Of a DNA stretch of 64,000 nt, positions 51,075 to 63,700 are shown one piece after another. Position 1 is the first letter of the stretch. Each line of letters opens with the position of its first letter. The notes under the pieces were generated by a model. It ran no database searches. It was given only the letters and a program-made list of their open reading frames with translations, and was not told the origin of the DNA. Origin of the DNA: Octopus sinensis (lineage: Eukaryota). Location of the stretch: the NCBI RefSeq assembly GCF_006345805.1, contig NC_043005.1, positions 96,472,001-96,536,000 on the forward strand, in the 5' to 3' direction. The position numbers and the translations under genes are program-made.

Positions 51075-51878
51075 TAATCGGCTAACTCCTTCCCCTAAAG
51101 TTACTGGCTTTGTGCTAAAAGTTTGAAACATTTGTTTAGGAGGCGGTATGTCGACAGAATCGGTTACCGTGCCGGATAAAATGCGTAGCGGCATTTTTTT
51201 CAGCTTTATGTTTCCGTGAAGGTAGACTTTACCTTTCATCCTTCCGAGGTCGAGAAAATAAAGTACTAGTCAAGTACTGGGGTCCATGTAACCGACTTCC
51301 CCTTCCCCTCAAAGCTGCAAGCCTGGTGCCAAAATTACAAAGAAATATGTTTTATATGCAGAGTGAACTGACAGAGTTTGTCGGCCAGAACGACTAGCAA
51401 TAACAGTTCCGACTTCATTTCTTTTTCAAGAAGTAAGATTGTTGTTTAGTTATCATTGGGAGAAATGTACAAAATATTAAAAAAGAATGACCGTGGAAAA
51501 ACTCGCAGGGACTCTTGCTGCTTGAAAAAGAAACAGTAAAGTGTATGTTAACATACTTAATGTAGTGAAGCAAGAAAATTCAATTCGTTAAAACTGCGAT
51601 CTTTGCGAGGATAGAAAACAATTCATTAATCTAAATGATTAATTGTGATCAAGAAAGGCAAGGAAGTTAACTCCGGAATTAATTAAAATTAAATAAAGTT
51701 AATTTCTTGCTTCTGTATTTTTTGAGAAATAGAGCAAACACGTACGCACACACACATACACACACAATAACACACACATACACATACAATAACACACATA
51801 CAAATGCATGTGTGTGTGCATGTATGTATGCATGTATGTATGAATGAATGTGTTCACACACACACACATACACACACA

Positions 51879-51913
<35 letters not shown>

Positions 51914-51987
51914 GGGATTTGGTGCGCCCGGTGAGCGACTAATTTACCGTTGAGGATGCGGCAATAAAGCAATATCAGGTTCACGTC

Positions 51988-52018
<31 letters not shown>

Positions 52019-52494
52019 CAAATAAACGGAAGCTTAATTGTTGGATAATTCAATAATATAGAATTACGGTTGCCGCGCACCAAAACCGCTCCGTCAAGTG
52101 TGTCTCCTTGATAGCTTCCTGAACGTGTACGGGTTGAGGTTATTACTTGGGAGACTGCAGGGGACTCTTTAATAAAATGTCTCTTGGTTCAGGATTCAGG
52201 GCCTTAGTCACTAGCTTCATTAATTAGTTAAATTATTAATTAATTAATTATCTAATTAATTAAATCATTTACTTATTTCATAACGCAGTATTTGAGCAAT
52301 ACTGGAAACCGGTTTCCAGCGAACCAGTCACTGATTCACTGTTGTTCATTTGACAATAACTGCAACGGAACAGTTATGTGTAGCTCGGTCTAAGATAAAT
52401 ATAGCAAGGGACATCGTTCGTAGAGCACCGCTTTTTGGTTTGGTTTCCTTACCATTGAGTACATCTTTCGCCGAAATATGCTTGCGGTTTACTG

Positions 52495-52908
52495 GGATAT
52501 TTACCTTTTGACCGACAGATTTAAAAAATAATTTTTTGTAACTAAACACTTTCAAACTTCGGAGACTGGTAGGATGTGTCATATAAGACATCTTTTACTC
52601 TTAGCGTTTTTGAGGAAAACTTATATTTACGAAGTTATTTTACGTTAAAGTTGTAGTATTTCGGTAACTTCAACCAATCAATGACGTATTCAGCTGAATA
52701 AAATTACTACCGTTGTTTGTCAACAAGAACTTCCGGCGGTGTATATTTCGTTTGTCACTGTTATTTATAACAACCCTATCCCTAAAACCTTAAAGCTAAA
52801 ACCAGGAGCAACGCACGAACGATGTCATAAATAACAGTGTCCGAAGTTTGAAAGTGTTTAGTTACAAAAAATTATTTTTTAAATCTGTCGGTCAAAAGGT
52901 GAAGATCC
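52495..52908. mobile_element. MITE with ~74-bp TIRs and 8-bp TSD
   Basis: Arms 52495-52568 and 52835-52908 are near-perfect inverted repeats (GGAT...ATCC); GTTTACTG on both sides (52487-52494 and 52909-52916). Confidence 0.9.
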
Positions 52909-53155
52909 GTTTACTGTCGTAAAAAAAGCGAAAGTAAATTGGTCTAAAAAATAAAAGTAAATTCCACTAGAAACCGGAAGTGACGACGGTGACATACCAT
53001 AAATTCATGTAAATAATGTGTCACTCTTTTACCTGCTTGTATATTAGTTGAATTTTAGGGTCAAATGGCTCTTCTCAAAAAACAGAATTGGGTCTTATAG
53101 TTCAAGTAAATTCACAGAAACGACGTCACCGCTTCAGTTATTTCCTCACAGCTCA

Positions 53156-53543
53156 TTAACCGTGCAGGATTATTGATTGCTCACATGTAGCTGTGATGGC
53201 TATCATGTGTCCACATGGAAGATAGCGAATTGCCCTTTCAATAGTGTTCGTTACTGGATGTGGTACGCTGGAACGGTGTACTTCAGCTGCTATTTCTGAA
53301 GTACTTAATGCATTACTAGAATGTACTATAACGGTGCTGATTATCTGGTTTATCGCCAGTTTATAAAAGGTTTCACTTGGAAGAGATGATAAATATAACT
53401 ATTTCTTGAGTAGGAATCTATGGTGATAAACCCGTCACTTATAACTTAATTATAAGCATTTACCACCGTACATAAATCTTAACTCGGGCTGCGTAAACGC
53501 CGTGGTGAATTATACACACCAAGACGCCGAATAGCAGTTTCAT
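53156..53543 (-). CDS. Candidate two-exon orphan gene, 99 aa, signal-peptide-like N-terminus (exons 53543-53464 and 53375-53156)
   Basis: ATG exon, gtaaat donor, 88-nt intron with tcatctcttccaag acceptor, phase-compatible 72-codon open exon. No homology recognised. Confidence 0.3.
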
Positions 53544-54499
53544 AGTTGCAGAAATAAATTTCATCAATAGGTTGAAGAAAATGAAGAAAGAGGAGTTATT
53601 TACTTAATTAGTTTATTTACGCTCAATTAATATTTACAGTACATTTTATAAGTCAAAAGAAAACTGTCGTAGAGAATTACGACATAAAATTTATATTAAC
53701 TAATTCTTCCATAACTAAGCTATAAGAGTTTTAAACAACAATTCAAAATAGTCTTGTTGAATAAGATAAGAGATATGGCATGGCAGTAACCAATGTCTTA
53801 AGAGAGTGAGTGTCGTGGAATCCAATGACAACCAACGAACACTGATTAATTTCCCCCAAATCAGGGTTTTTATAACTGTTCATACCTGAATTCTAAGAAC
53901 CATATTTCGTGAAAGATTTCTCTTTGACGAAAGTTACATTTCAAATATATGGACAATAATTTTAACCAATGGGAAACTAATAATTATACCTATTCGGGCA
54001 ACATGACCGTTACATCATATTGCCGCCGATAAAGGTTTATTATGACTTTCATCGTTACAGTACTATACGTGTAGGGGTCTGTGGACGTGGCATAATGAGG
54101 AAGCCCCTTAAGTTCTTTTCATGAAATTTTGTCGCCTTTTTCTATCGCAATTCACTTCATTTTTTTTAGGATAATTTAATTTCACATCTTTTTACGACAG
54201 TAAACTGCATCCACATCGTGTTGTTTTTGATGTTTCTTTTTCGATGTTTTGTTGGTTAAATCCTGAAGAAAGTTCGTACATGTTGTGATATCAACTCTTA
54301 CGCTGTAATCTTCATATGTTGAGACCCCCAAAGTCACTCATCAGCAGGAGGTGAATTTAGTCAAGTTTGGATACAGTATTGCTATTCGAATACTGCATTT
54401 CCGAGATTGGTTTATACTACGACAAGAATCAGTTTCAATTGAAGATATCTCCATGATACCCGGTCCTAAGTTTTACATGTGAAGAAGTTTCATTTTTAT

Positions 54500-54840
54500 G
54501 AATAGCGGCTAGATGACCTATGCAGAGGCATGGCGAGAAGAGGATTGTTGCAAAGACATCCCCTTGCTTCAGATTAGTTCTGACCTCAAACGGTAGTGAT
54601 GCTAATCCTGTTTATAGCAGAACAATCCATGATGTCATGAAGAGAGTGGATGATGGCAAGGAATTTCGGTGGAATGCCAAATTCCTGAAATATTTTACGA
54701 CACATGCTGTCAAAAGCTTTGGTTAGGATGTAAAACAAAAAAGATACGGCGGCTTGTTGTTTCATGTCGCTTTCTTGTAGTGGATGGAGAGCAAATAAGC
54801 ATGTACACTGTGCCACGTCCAGGGTCAAATCCAGGTAAAT
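54500..54840 (-). mobile_element. RTE-clade LINE reverse-transcriptase fragment, decayed
   Basis: DFDPGRGTVYM ... LTKAFDS ... FGIPPKFLAIIHSLHD resembles the RTE RT subdomains GFRPGRGT / DLTKAFDSV / FGIP. Confidence 0.75.
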
Positions 54841-55054
54841 AATAAATATTAAAAAATCAATACATTTCAGGTAATGAAAAATATTAGTCATAAATATAAA
54901 ATATATTACAAATATCGGCGCATTGAGTAAATAAGGCATTTCGCAACTCCGTAGTTGTAGGCTCAAATTCAATTCACCGCATCTTGGTTCTAGGTTGACT
55001 ACAGCCTTGTGAGCGAATTTGATTGACAGAAACTATGCAGAAACCCGTCGTAAA

Positions 55055-55135
<81 letters not shown>

Positions 55136-55702
55136 AATATACATAAACACACACACATATGATACTCTTATCTATTCAGTTCTTTTTTTCCCTGATTGTG
55201 TGTTTCTGTTGGTCTCTCGTCACTTGACAACCGGTGTTGGTTTGTTTACATTCTCTTAACTTAGCAGTTCGACAAAAAGATCCGATGGAATAAGTACCAG
55301 ACATAAAATATATACGGAGGGGTCAATTTGATAGACTAAAACTTTGAAGGCAGCAGTACCCGAGCATGACCCCAATGACGGAAACTACTAAAAGGGAAAA
55401 GAATAAGTTCGGAGCCAGAACTTGAACTCAGAATGTATAATTGTTAGTCGTCTAAAATATATTCCTATACTGGTTTCAAATTCTGGCACAAGGGGCCAAC
55501 ATTTTTTGTCTCTTTTTTCCTCTTTTTTCGTCTCCTCTCATTTCGTACTTTTGTTTATAGTTCATTACGCATGACTATGTCTGTCGACGAAAAGTCTGGC
55601 GGTAAGAAGTGAAGGGCGAAAACAGTTTTCAAATTTCTTCTATTTTTAATTACTTTTTCAAAAATTAGAAAAAATTAATGCGAGTCTAAAGACGACTATT
55701 AA

Positions 55703-55736
<34 letters not shown>

Positions 55737-55752
55737 CATGTCTGTATACACA

Positions 55753-55796
<44 letters not shown>

Positions 55797-56014
55797 CACC
55801 ACACACACACACAAAGTCTTTATGACCGCTCAATATCTGATAAATTGTTTTATAAAAAAGGCTAAAAAACAGAAAGACCCAGAATACTCATGGGTTCTTG
55901 AATTTTGTGAGTGGATAAGGGGTTCCCTGAAAACAGTTTTGTTCCTCTTTGCAAATTTTCTCTATGAATCTCTGGACAGAAGGATCAGCGAAAAGAAAAA
56001 GAGAAAGATAGAGA

Positions 56015-56166
<152 letters not shown>

Positions 56167-56971
56167 TCTATGTATATGTCGTATCACCTTCAGAAAGGCA
56201 CTATTGCTCCAGAGTCCTTGACCCACTTATGAATATAATAAAATATTGCAAGTCATTTAATCTGTCACTGCTACGTCTGCCAATTTAATACTGACTTTAT
56301 TTGATTGCACACAAAACCAACATGAACAGATGACTGAATCAACCCCACTATATTACTGATATCTTGTATTTGTCTCGAACCACGGCGTGTTGAAGACTGA
56401 AGGGAGCTGAACTTTGATCTTTGAAAGAAGAATAATATATTGATTTCATATTTTGGTACAAGGCCAGCAATTTTGTGGGGAAGGGGAAGGGCTTCGACCC
56501 CAGTACTCAATTGGTTCTTATTTTATTGGCCTCGAGAGGATGAAATGCAAAGTCGGCAAAAATATATTCAAATATCGACAGACATACGTGCATAGCAACA
56601 CAATATAATTCATATATGGGTCGCTATAATAATTTGTAGTATAAAATATGTACAAATATTCACAGACTTACATAGCAACGGGATATATTCCAGATATCGG
56701 TGACTATAATAGTAGTATAAGATATACAATCAAATACTGAATGAGGCATAAGTACATAACGACATCATATAGTTCAGATATTGGTGATTGTATGATGAGA
56801 AATGTAAAATATATTTAGATATTGATTACTTATAATTAGATGTGCGATCACAGATGTCTGACTGGTATTTTATGTTATCAATGCCGGAAGGATAAAAGTC
56901 AAAGATAAACTCGGTAGGATTTGAACACAGGTAAAAGAAGAAGAAACTCAGAGCAAATATTTCAAGGTATT

Positions 56972-57190
56972 TACTCTCTTTACTCTCTACTCTTTTACTT
57001 GTTTCAGTCATTTGACTGTGGCCATACTGGAGCACCGCCTTTAGTCGAGTAAATCGACCCCAGGACTTATTCTTTGTATGCCTAGTACTTATTCTATCTG
57101 TCTCTTTTGCTGAACCACTAAGTTACGGGGACGTAAACACACCAGCATCGGTTGTCAAGCGATGTTGTGGGGACAAACACAGACACACAA

Positions 57191-57234
<44 letters not shown>

Positions 57235-57420
57235 CACACACACATATATATATATATGTACATATATACGACGGGCTTCTTCAGTTTTCGTCTACCAAAT
57301 CCACTCACAATGCTTTGGTCGGCCCGAGGCTCTAGTAGAAGACACTTGCCCATAGTGCCACGCAGTGGGACTGAACCCGGAACCATGTGGTTGGTAAGCA
57401 AGCTACTTACCACACAGCCA
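56972..57420 (-). mobile_element. Full-length tRNA-derived SINE
   Basis: Reverse complement of the 46337-46720 family. Confidence 0.88.
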
Positions 57421-57699
57421 TTCCCGCGCATTTACCCAACATTCTTATGCAATCCTATCAAACGACTACTCTCTAGAATAGTTAGTCGTGTAAAATGCAT
57501 TCAAATATTCATTTATACGCATGTATGTGCATAGGAACATGTCCCACTGAGAGAAATTTTGTAAGGCAGAACAAAACTATTTTGGGTTCAGCTAGGCGGA
57601 GGTCATCTTAAAATTCAAAGGGGAGGATTTTTTTTAGGGAGGAACTGATAATTGTAAAAAAAATATTGCAGAGACATATACGAGTGGCAAAATAAAACA

Positions 57700-57831
57700 C
57701 CTGACACCGAAGTCCTTGCAAAGATGGGACACACAAACATCCAGTCACTTATTATACATACTCAGATTCGTTGGAAAGGCTATGTTATGAGTATGAGAGA
57801 TAATGGGAATCCAAAGCAGCTGTTCTACGGT
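57700..57831 (+). mobile_element. RTE LINE C-terminal fragment
   Basis: PDTEVLAKMG...QIRWKGYVMSMRDNGNPKQLFYG matches the RTE pattern PNTEVL...RWLGHVxRMxDxRIPKxLxYG. Confidence 0.65.
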
Positions 57832-58025
57832 TGATCCATCTTCTTGTATAGTCTCTGCATACGAACGCAAGGAATTTATAAATACCTAGACATATAGGAA
57901 CATATAAATTTCTTTTTTATATTGGAGGCTTAGCAGTCTGAAGTGTAAAATACATTAAAAAGATTGATCAGATATATAAAACGGTTTACACATATATAGG
58001 TATATATGTATATTCACACACACAC

Positions 58026-58144
<119 letters not shown>

Positions 58145-58950
58145 GCGTGTAAATGCGTGTAAGTGCGATGCCTTATGAACGCATGAGAGTGTTGTATGTA
58201 CGTACGCGTGCGTGTCGGTTCGTGTACCCAACTACATGCGCCTTTTTCCATATATCTCTGTATATGTTACACGTGAGTACGTATGTATGCTTGTATGCGT
58301 GTAGCTGCGTATGCGTGCGTATGTGCGCCGTGTATATGGGTGTATGTATCCATGCGGGTGTGTATGTACACGATGACCATTTAATACGTTACGAAGAACT
58401 AGATAAGCTGCTCAACAACTCTAATTTACAATACACTAGGTCCCCCGATTGATTTATGACACCCAAGACTTCTACAACCAGAATTTGTCATTTTCCTGAC
58501 CACCATGTTTGGTCCGTAACTACTAATATCCTTATCCTTATATTCTTTTACACTTTTTATTTTTATTTATAACTTTATACCTTTATATTCATTTATATTT
58601 TTAATATTTTTTATATCTCTTTATATCTTTATACTCTACATTTTTATTTTTTTCTATACTTACACTTTTTATATATTTTTTATCCTTCGTCCTGAATTCT
58701 CGCCCTCCATCTTTATCTCTATTTGCTCTTATTACCAGGTTCCTTCACGTCTGTCTGTATTTATATATTTATTTATTAATTTATTTATATTACTTCAACA
58801 TCCAAACTTCCTCATTCTACATTGTGAGAAGAACGAGATGGACGCTTTATTTTTATGCTGTTGTCGCATTACGTCGTACCGCAATGAGAGGATTTGCATC
58901 CCCACCAAGAATTTTTGATGTAATACATGTCCTTGAAGAAGTAGTTGTGC

Positions 58951-59029
58951 GCGGCTGAAGAAGGCCACAGACGCCACATTATGCATTGTTATAAATCCGT
59001 CTAATAAAGGCCCGAAACATATGTACCGC
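58951..59029 (+). ncRNA. Type I hammerhead ribozyme motif (Penelope-like-element style)
   Basis: Stem I GCGG/CCGC, core CTGAAGA, stem II GGCC/GGCC with an inner AGACG/CGTCT helix, GAAA, palindromic stem III ACATATGT, GTA cleavage triplet at 59023-59025. Confidence 0.7.
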
Positions 59030-59108
59030 TGAATCCTGGATCTGTTTTATTTTGATTAATTTATATATATATATATTATATTTATATATATATATATATA
59101 TATATATA

Positions 59109-60422
59109 CTAGAATTATGACCGTCATTTCCGGGTCATAGTGCTAGTGCATATATATATGTGTACATATTACATGTACATCTATATATACACATCTACAC
59201 ATAAAATACAAAATACAAAGTTATATCTTGATATCGCTAGTGATAACAATACTCAAAATAACAGACTGGAATTGTAGGCCCGTCTCTTGCAATTTCGATC
59301 AATTGTATCTTGTCCTCCTTCTTGTATAGAAGTGTGGTTACAATCCAGCCTACCTCTACTTCTGGGGGGAAATTTTAAATTTTTATCCGGGACGTCCTAC
59401 GTCCCAGATATAAAGGTAAAAGTAAAATATTTCCACTTTGCAAGGTTCGAGTTGAGTACTCCCTTGCACGCTCCGTTGACTCGAACCTTGCTTCTAGTGT
59501 GGCAAATTTACCGTCTCTGGTTAGATATCTTTCATAGTCGCACCAAGACACTTTTCAATGGTGCTTTCCACCAGGTGTTCAAATTTATTTTTTCTCTACG
59601 TTGTATACTTTATAGACAATAGTCTTTTCTTTAATTTAATTTTTTATTTCGTTTGGTGGTGTTATCTTAGATTCACCGTCTTTGTCGGTGATCAATCCGA
59701 AATAGGTTTGTATTTCTTCCATTTTAATTTTAATGGGTTCGCGCCTGCCGACGGCTGCAGCGAAATTCATTTTTGGACTTTCTTCTATCGAAGTCATTCT
59801 AACAAAAATGCTTTCGTGTAAACAGTGAAAATATTGTCAATTTCCCCAAACAGGGATACAATTCAATTTTTAAACAATAACCAAAGCTCCTTCCCCCAAA
59901 GGGGGAGGATTACGGTTTACAATTATTTAACAAATGCAACACAACAACGCTTCCCTTACGAGGAACCAACAAACGTGATAACAATAGTTAAACAGTAATA
60001 AATATATACAATAAATATATACAATATTTACGATGAATCGAAAAGCAGTACGCAGTTGATTTAATTTATTCCCATTCATGTGAAACCACTTATTCAAGTT
60101 CAAGTCATTGATGCAATTTTATACCAATTGCTATTTTTACTTTTGTTATGTTACGATTATATTATACTTTAGTTTGATTTTAATTATTACTTACTACATG
60201 TAATTCAATTGTTATTATTATCTCTAATTTTTATTATTAAAGTGAAAGTATCTGACATAAAATAGCGAAATGTTAAAAAATTATTTTGCCGATGACACTC
60301 CCCGGACCCTAAGTAAGTCATGTGTAAAATTTGAATGCAATTGGTTGTGTAGTTCTCAAATTTTAGGGAAAACACACAGACAGACAGACAGACACACATT
60401 TTTAGTTATATATATATAGAGA
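59109..60422 (-). mobile_element. Non-autonomous Helitron (~1.3 kb)
   Basis: The minus strand starts A|TCTCTATATATATAA, with a (GTCT)n tract, and ends with hairpin TATGACC...GGTCATA then TTCTAG|T. Confidence 0.72.
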
Positions 60423-60808
60423 TTACACATATATAGGTATTATTACACATAATTTCTTTCGTATATTACAAGTAGTTAGTAGTTAGTAATGTAAAATAGC
60501 GTTTAAGAATTATCACGGAATGCGTAAAAATATAAGCAGTTTCTTTTCTCTGCTCTCATTTCGTGCTTTTGTTTAGAGTTCATTAAACACGAAAAAGTCT
60601 GTCGACGAAAAGTCGGGGAAAAGAAGGAAAAGGAAAAAAGAAAAGAAGAATCCAAACGTTTCAAAATTCTTTTATTTTTAATTATTTTTTCAAAAATTTA
60701 ATGCGTGTATAAAGACGATTATTACTATATATATATATGTATGTATGTGTGTGTGTGTGTTCGTGTGTACGTGCACGCGCGGATATGCATATATATACAT
60801 ATACCATG

Positions 60809-60849
<41 letters not shown>

Positions 60850-61984
60850 CACACACACACACACAGAGTCTTTGACTTTTGCGGAATTTGAACCCAGAAC
60901 GGGAAAAGCATTGTCGTGAATTGTTTACACGGTCATCGATAGCAGTAATTACACCATCGTCGCTTCCAGAATATTGGTTTCTCCACAAAAAATTGCAACA
61001 AAGTGAGAAACTCATTCTGCAGCTGTAGTCTACTAAATATTCTATTCCTCTTGGGGTCGATAAAATAGATACCAGTTGAACACTAGGGTCGATGTTATCG
61101 ACTCGCCCCTTCCCCCCCAAATTGCTGGCCTTGTACCAAAATTTGAAATCAATATATTATTCTTCTTTCAAAGTTCAACTCCCTTCCAAGAGGATGAAAG
61201 GCAAAGTCGATCTAGGCGGAATTTGAACTCAGACGTAAAGCTAAGCATTTTGTATGGCGTGCTACCGATTCTGCCAGCTCGCTGCCCTTGAAAGAAATAC
61301 CACGTATTAATGTGTGTGTGTGTGTGTGTGTGTGTTTGTGTGTGAGTGTGTGTCTGTGCGTGCGTAGATAGATAGATAGACTGGGAAAGAGATAGCTAGA
61401 CAGATAGACAGATATGTATAGAGAAGCCATAGGTGGGGGCAAGTGCACAGAAAGCAAGCGCCCCACCGGGTCCCGATGCTGCTGTTGCGTGCCCTTAATA
61501 AAGAAATTTGTAACTGACAATAAAGAAATTTGTTGCGTGCCCTCACCATTAACCATAGATTTTTACGCCAATATTGGCCCAGTAAGACCGCCCCGGGATC
61601 CACAAGGACTAAAGCTGCTAATCTGATCATCCCCGGAGTCAATGAAAGACGAGTATTATAAATGGGTGGAGATAAGGGTGGGGAGAGGGGGGGCGGATAG
61701 GATAAGAAGGGAAGGATAAGAAGGAGTGGAGAGGAGAAGAAGAGAAAAGGATGCGAGAAGAAAAGGAAGGGGAACGAATGGCGGAAACAAAGAATTAGCA
61801 ATTAAATTAAAAAAAAAAAACGAAATAAAATATCCCCGAAAATCTAATTTTCAGTAAATGGTAGGATGTGTGTGTGTGTGTGCGTGTGTTGTGTATGTGT
61901 ATGTATGTATGTGTGTGTGTGTGCACATATGTATATGACTGTGTCAAGTGATACAAACTTCCGGAAATATCGTCACTTTGCATC

Positions 61985-62520
61985 ATACGTAGGACGTGGT
62001 GGTGGTGGTATTGTGTGGTAATGATAATGTGGTGTTGACATACGGTGGCAGTGGTAATGGTAGCAGATGAGATGATTGCTACGATGGTGGTGGTGGTGAC
62101 AGTGGTGGAAGTAGCAATGGTTGCAGGTGTAGTAGTAGTTGCCATAATGGTAGCAGTGATAGTGTCAGTGTTGGTAATAGCTGTATTAAAGGTAGTGATC
62201 GTGGCATTTACAATGGTGATAGTAGTGGTAGTGGTAACAGGGAGTGAATAAGACTGTGTCGGTAGTGGTGATGGTGGTGGCGATGGTAGTGGTAGTGTGG
62301 TGCCATGGTGGTGACGGTGGGGGTGGTGCTGGAGGTTGTGGTGGTAGTGAGATCCAAGACGACGACAATAACGATAATTAGATGAAGGCATGTTGACGAT
62401 AATGATATGATGATAACGTTGTCAATGATGTTAGTGGTGGTGATAATGATGATAATAATCATAGTTTTATGATAATAATTATAATAATTATATGATGATA
62501 ATAATTATAGTTTTTGTTGT
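61985..62520. repeat. Cryptic trinucleotide simple-sequence tract (GGT/AGT/GAT/AAT)
   Basis: Seen directly; produces the T/V/H-rich ORFs. Confidence 0.9.
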
Positions 62521-62559
62521 TGTTTAGTCCTAAATGTACGCCAGTGAAGAGTTGCCGGG

Positions 62560-63700
62560 CAGATATATGGCATGTAGGAGTGGAAGGTCGAACGCATTTG
62601 TGAGGGAGCCAGTATAGTTGCTAATTCTGACAGATTCAGTGACAGCTCAGAAGCTTTTTCTTTGGCATGTTTCGTTATTGTTTTTGTGGCTTGTTACTGA
62701 TGATATTGATGGTAGCAAGTTCTAATTATGTCAGTTTCTCTTTGGCCAAGATATCTGGCCATCAATATATATATTGATGGTAACTCTCTTCAGACTGTTT
62801 CTAGTTTTAAATCAATGTTTACTCAAAGATCACTTCTTTTTTAAGTGTAAGTAGGGGACATGCCAAAGAGCAATAACCCTGCCATGGTGGTGAGGGTTAC
62901 TACGTTTTAATACAACGTATTGTTTATCACTGCATGTCGTAGGATATAGTATGGTCCCTAAATGGGCGTTAGTATGGTAATCTGGAACTGTAATCTTGTT
63001 GTACCACCACATGGTCCTTGGATGTTTTTAGAAGGCTCCACTCTGTTGTAGACATTCGGATCACATCTCTGGTTTTGAAAAAACTTCTTCACATCCTCTT
63101 TCTTTGCATGTCCCAAAGAAAGTCATGGACCATTATCCTCCAATTTTTTAATTTTTATTCATTTATTCCGCTCCTTCCCAGTTAGGAAGTAACACTTCGA
63201 TGATACGACGCCATTCAGAGTGGGTTTTTAGAAGCCCTATGCGACATAAATTAAGATTAGTTCACCATTTAGCGAAACACATATTGCGCTCGCTACATAC
63301 TGGAAGCGGATCCCAAAGCACGACTGGATCTGAAGAGCATAACAAACTAGGGAGGCTGCTTAGTTCCATAATAGTAGGTTATAGTCCACTATGTGCTTGT
63401 TCCATGTGAGATTCATTTCTCACCCAAAGGAATCTACACCAGGTATTCTTTGGCCACTTAAGCTTTCACCTCCCAGATGGTGTCCATATTAATGCTACCT
63501 TCATTGTCTTGTTCTAGTCTATACTGAATGTTTGACCACACCATCTGTGCAACATGGTCTTATTTCAACGACCAAAGCATTGCAACTAGCTTTGCAATGC
63601 AGCACCTCATTTGACAATTTGTTGGCCGACTGTATCCGCTGGATAAGTCTGATCAGAGCTGATCTGGGGTTTCAGATAAACAGCATCACAGCAATATGTA
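62560..63700 (-). mobile_element. Highly decayed non-LTR retrotransposon ORF2 remnant
   Basis: Broken motifs INMDTIWEVKA, IPGVDS and MLFRSSRALGS resemble the CR1/L2 pre-RT region; many stops and shifts. Confidence 0.4.

Noticed and set aside
51679-52200. 134-aa minus-strand ORF and its upstream open frame
   Set aside because: Largely (TG)n-derived; splice sites are ambiguous and no homology was recognised.
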